Assembly: GCA_965221955.1 (NCBI GenBank)
Contig: CBDCTA010000007.1
Coordinates: forward strand, 1-15,895
DNA length: 15,895 nucleotides
DNA from: Gammaproteobacteria bacterium
Lineage (GTDB): Bacteria > Pseudomonadota > Gammaproteobacteria > UBA4575
Direction: 5' to 3'
Positions within the stretch are counted from its first letter, which is position 1. Each line of letters begins with the position of its first letter. Positions 15,554 through 15,895 of the stretch are shown here, one piece after another. The position numbers and the translations under genes are program-made. The notes under the pieces were generated by a model, which searched no databases, was not told where the DNA came from, and saw only the letters and a program-made list of their open reading frames with translations.

Positions 15554-15895
15554 ATGGGTGTTGTAGCTTGTCGTGGAAATTCAGAATTCAATGATGAAAT
15601 CACACTTAAGGCACATTTGGCTTCACTGCTCCGGCTTGAGAATATTGGCTTACTTTTAGGGGCTGGGTCATCTGTCCCTGCGGGCGGTTTGACGATTGAA
15701 CAAATGTGGGACCAATTTATTGCAAATTCATCTAATGATGTTCAATGGTTAATAAATGAAGAGTTTATTTCTAATGATGCTAAAAGTGAAAATAAAGAAC
15801 AGCGTATAACACCTAACATTGAGCAACTTGTCGATAAACTAGAAATTGCAATTATCGAATGGACTCGAATTTCAAGTAAGCATTTGGAGAATGGA
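15554..15895 (+). CDS. SIR2-family NADase (Sir2-HerA type), 5' part only; absent from ORF track
   Basis: AGGAG RBS; MGVVACRGNSEFNDEITLKAHLASLLRLENIGLLLGAGSSVPAGGLTIEQMWDQF...PNIEQLVD, open to the window end; contains the Sir2 GAGxS loop. Confidence 0.85.
   Translation, partial: MGVVACRGNSEFNDEITLKAHLASLLRLENIGLLLGAGSSVPAGGLTIEQMWDQFIANSSNDVQWLINEEFISNDAKSENKEQRITPNIEQLVDKLEIAIIEWTRISSKHLENG

Larger units (their letters stand above)
13500..15895. mobile_element. Putative integrative/satellite-like element (helicase, iteron-like repeats, defence cargo); boundaries uncertain
   Basis: Change of gene content, AAA_25 helicase, GGAAACA repeat cluster, flanking 13-bp inverted repeat and a Sir2 gene; no integrase is visible in the window. 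Confidence 0.45.

Overview
AT-rich, probably gammaproteobacterial accessory DNA in two blocks. Block 1 (~1-12.4 kb) is a stress/envelope gene island: a decayed YbhP-like EEP gene, a frameshifted cardiolipin synthase, a hemerythrin, DUF4112, a repeat-rich lipoprotein, a DUF481 outer-membrane barrel, a PRC-barrel protein, a CstB-like MBL-rhodanese fusion, an orphan RsbRD_N histidine kinase, ExoD, a membrane EEP protein and a Rho_N-like protein. It also holds three small genes missed by the ORF track: a PLDc_N protein, a 25-aa membrane peptide and an SmtA-type metallothionein. Five of its intergenic regions carry the same 13-bp palindrome TGTAA-N3-TTACA (four perfect, one with a single mismatch), suggesting one regulon with an unidentified regulator, and a structured, terminator-ended RNA candidate lies just upstream of exoD. 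Block 2 (from ~13.5 kb) looks like a mobile or satellite-like element: an AAA_25/RepA-type helicase flanked by 13-bp inverted repeats, a cluster of GGAAACA repeats (candidate origin), and the start of a Sir2 gene resembling the Sir2-HerA anti-phage system, cut by the window edge. All family assignments are from motif recognition by eye, not database searches.
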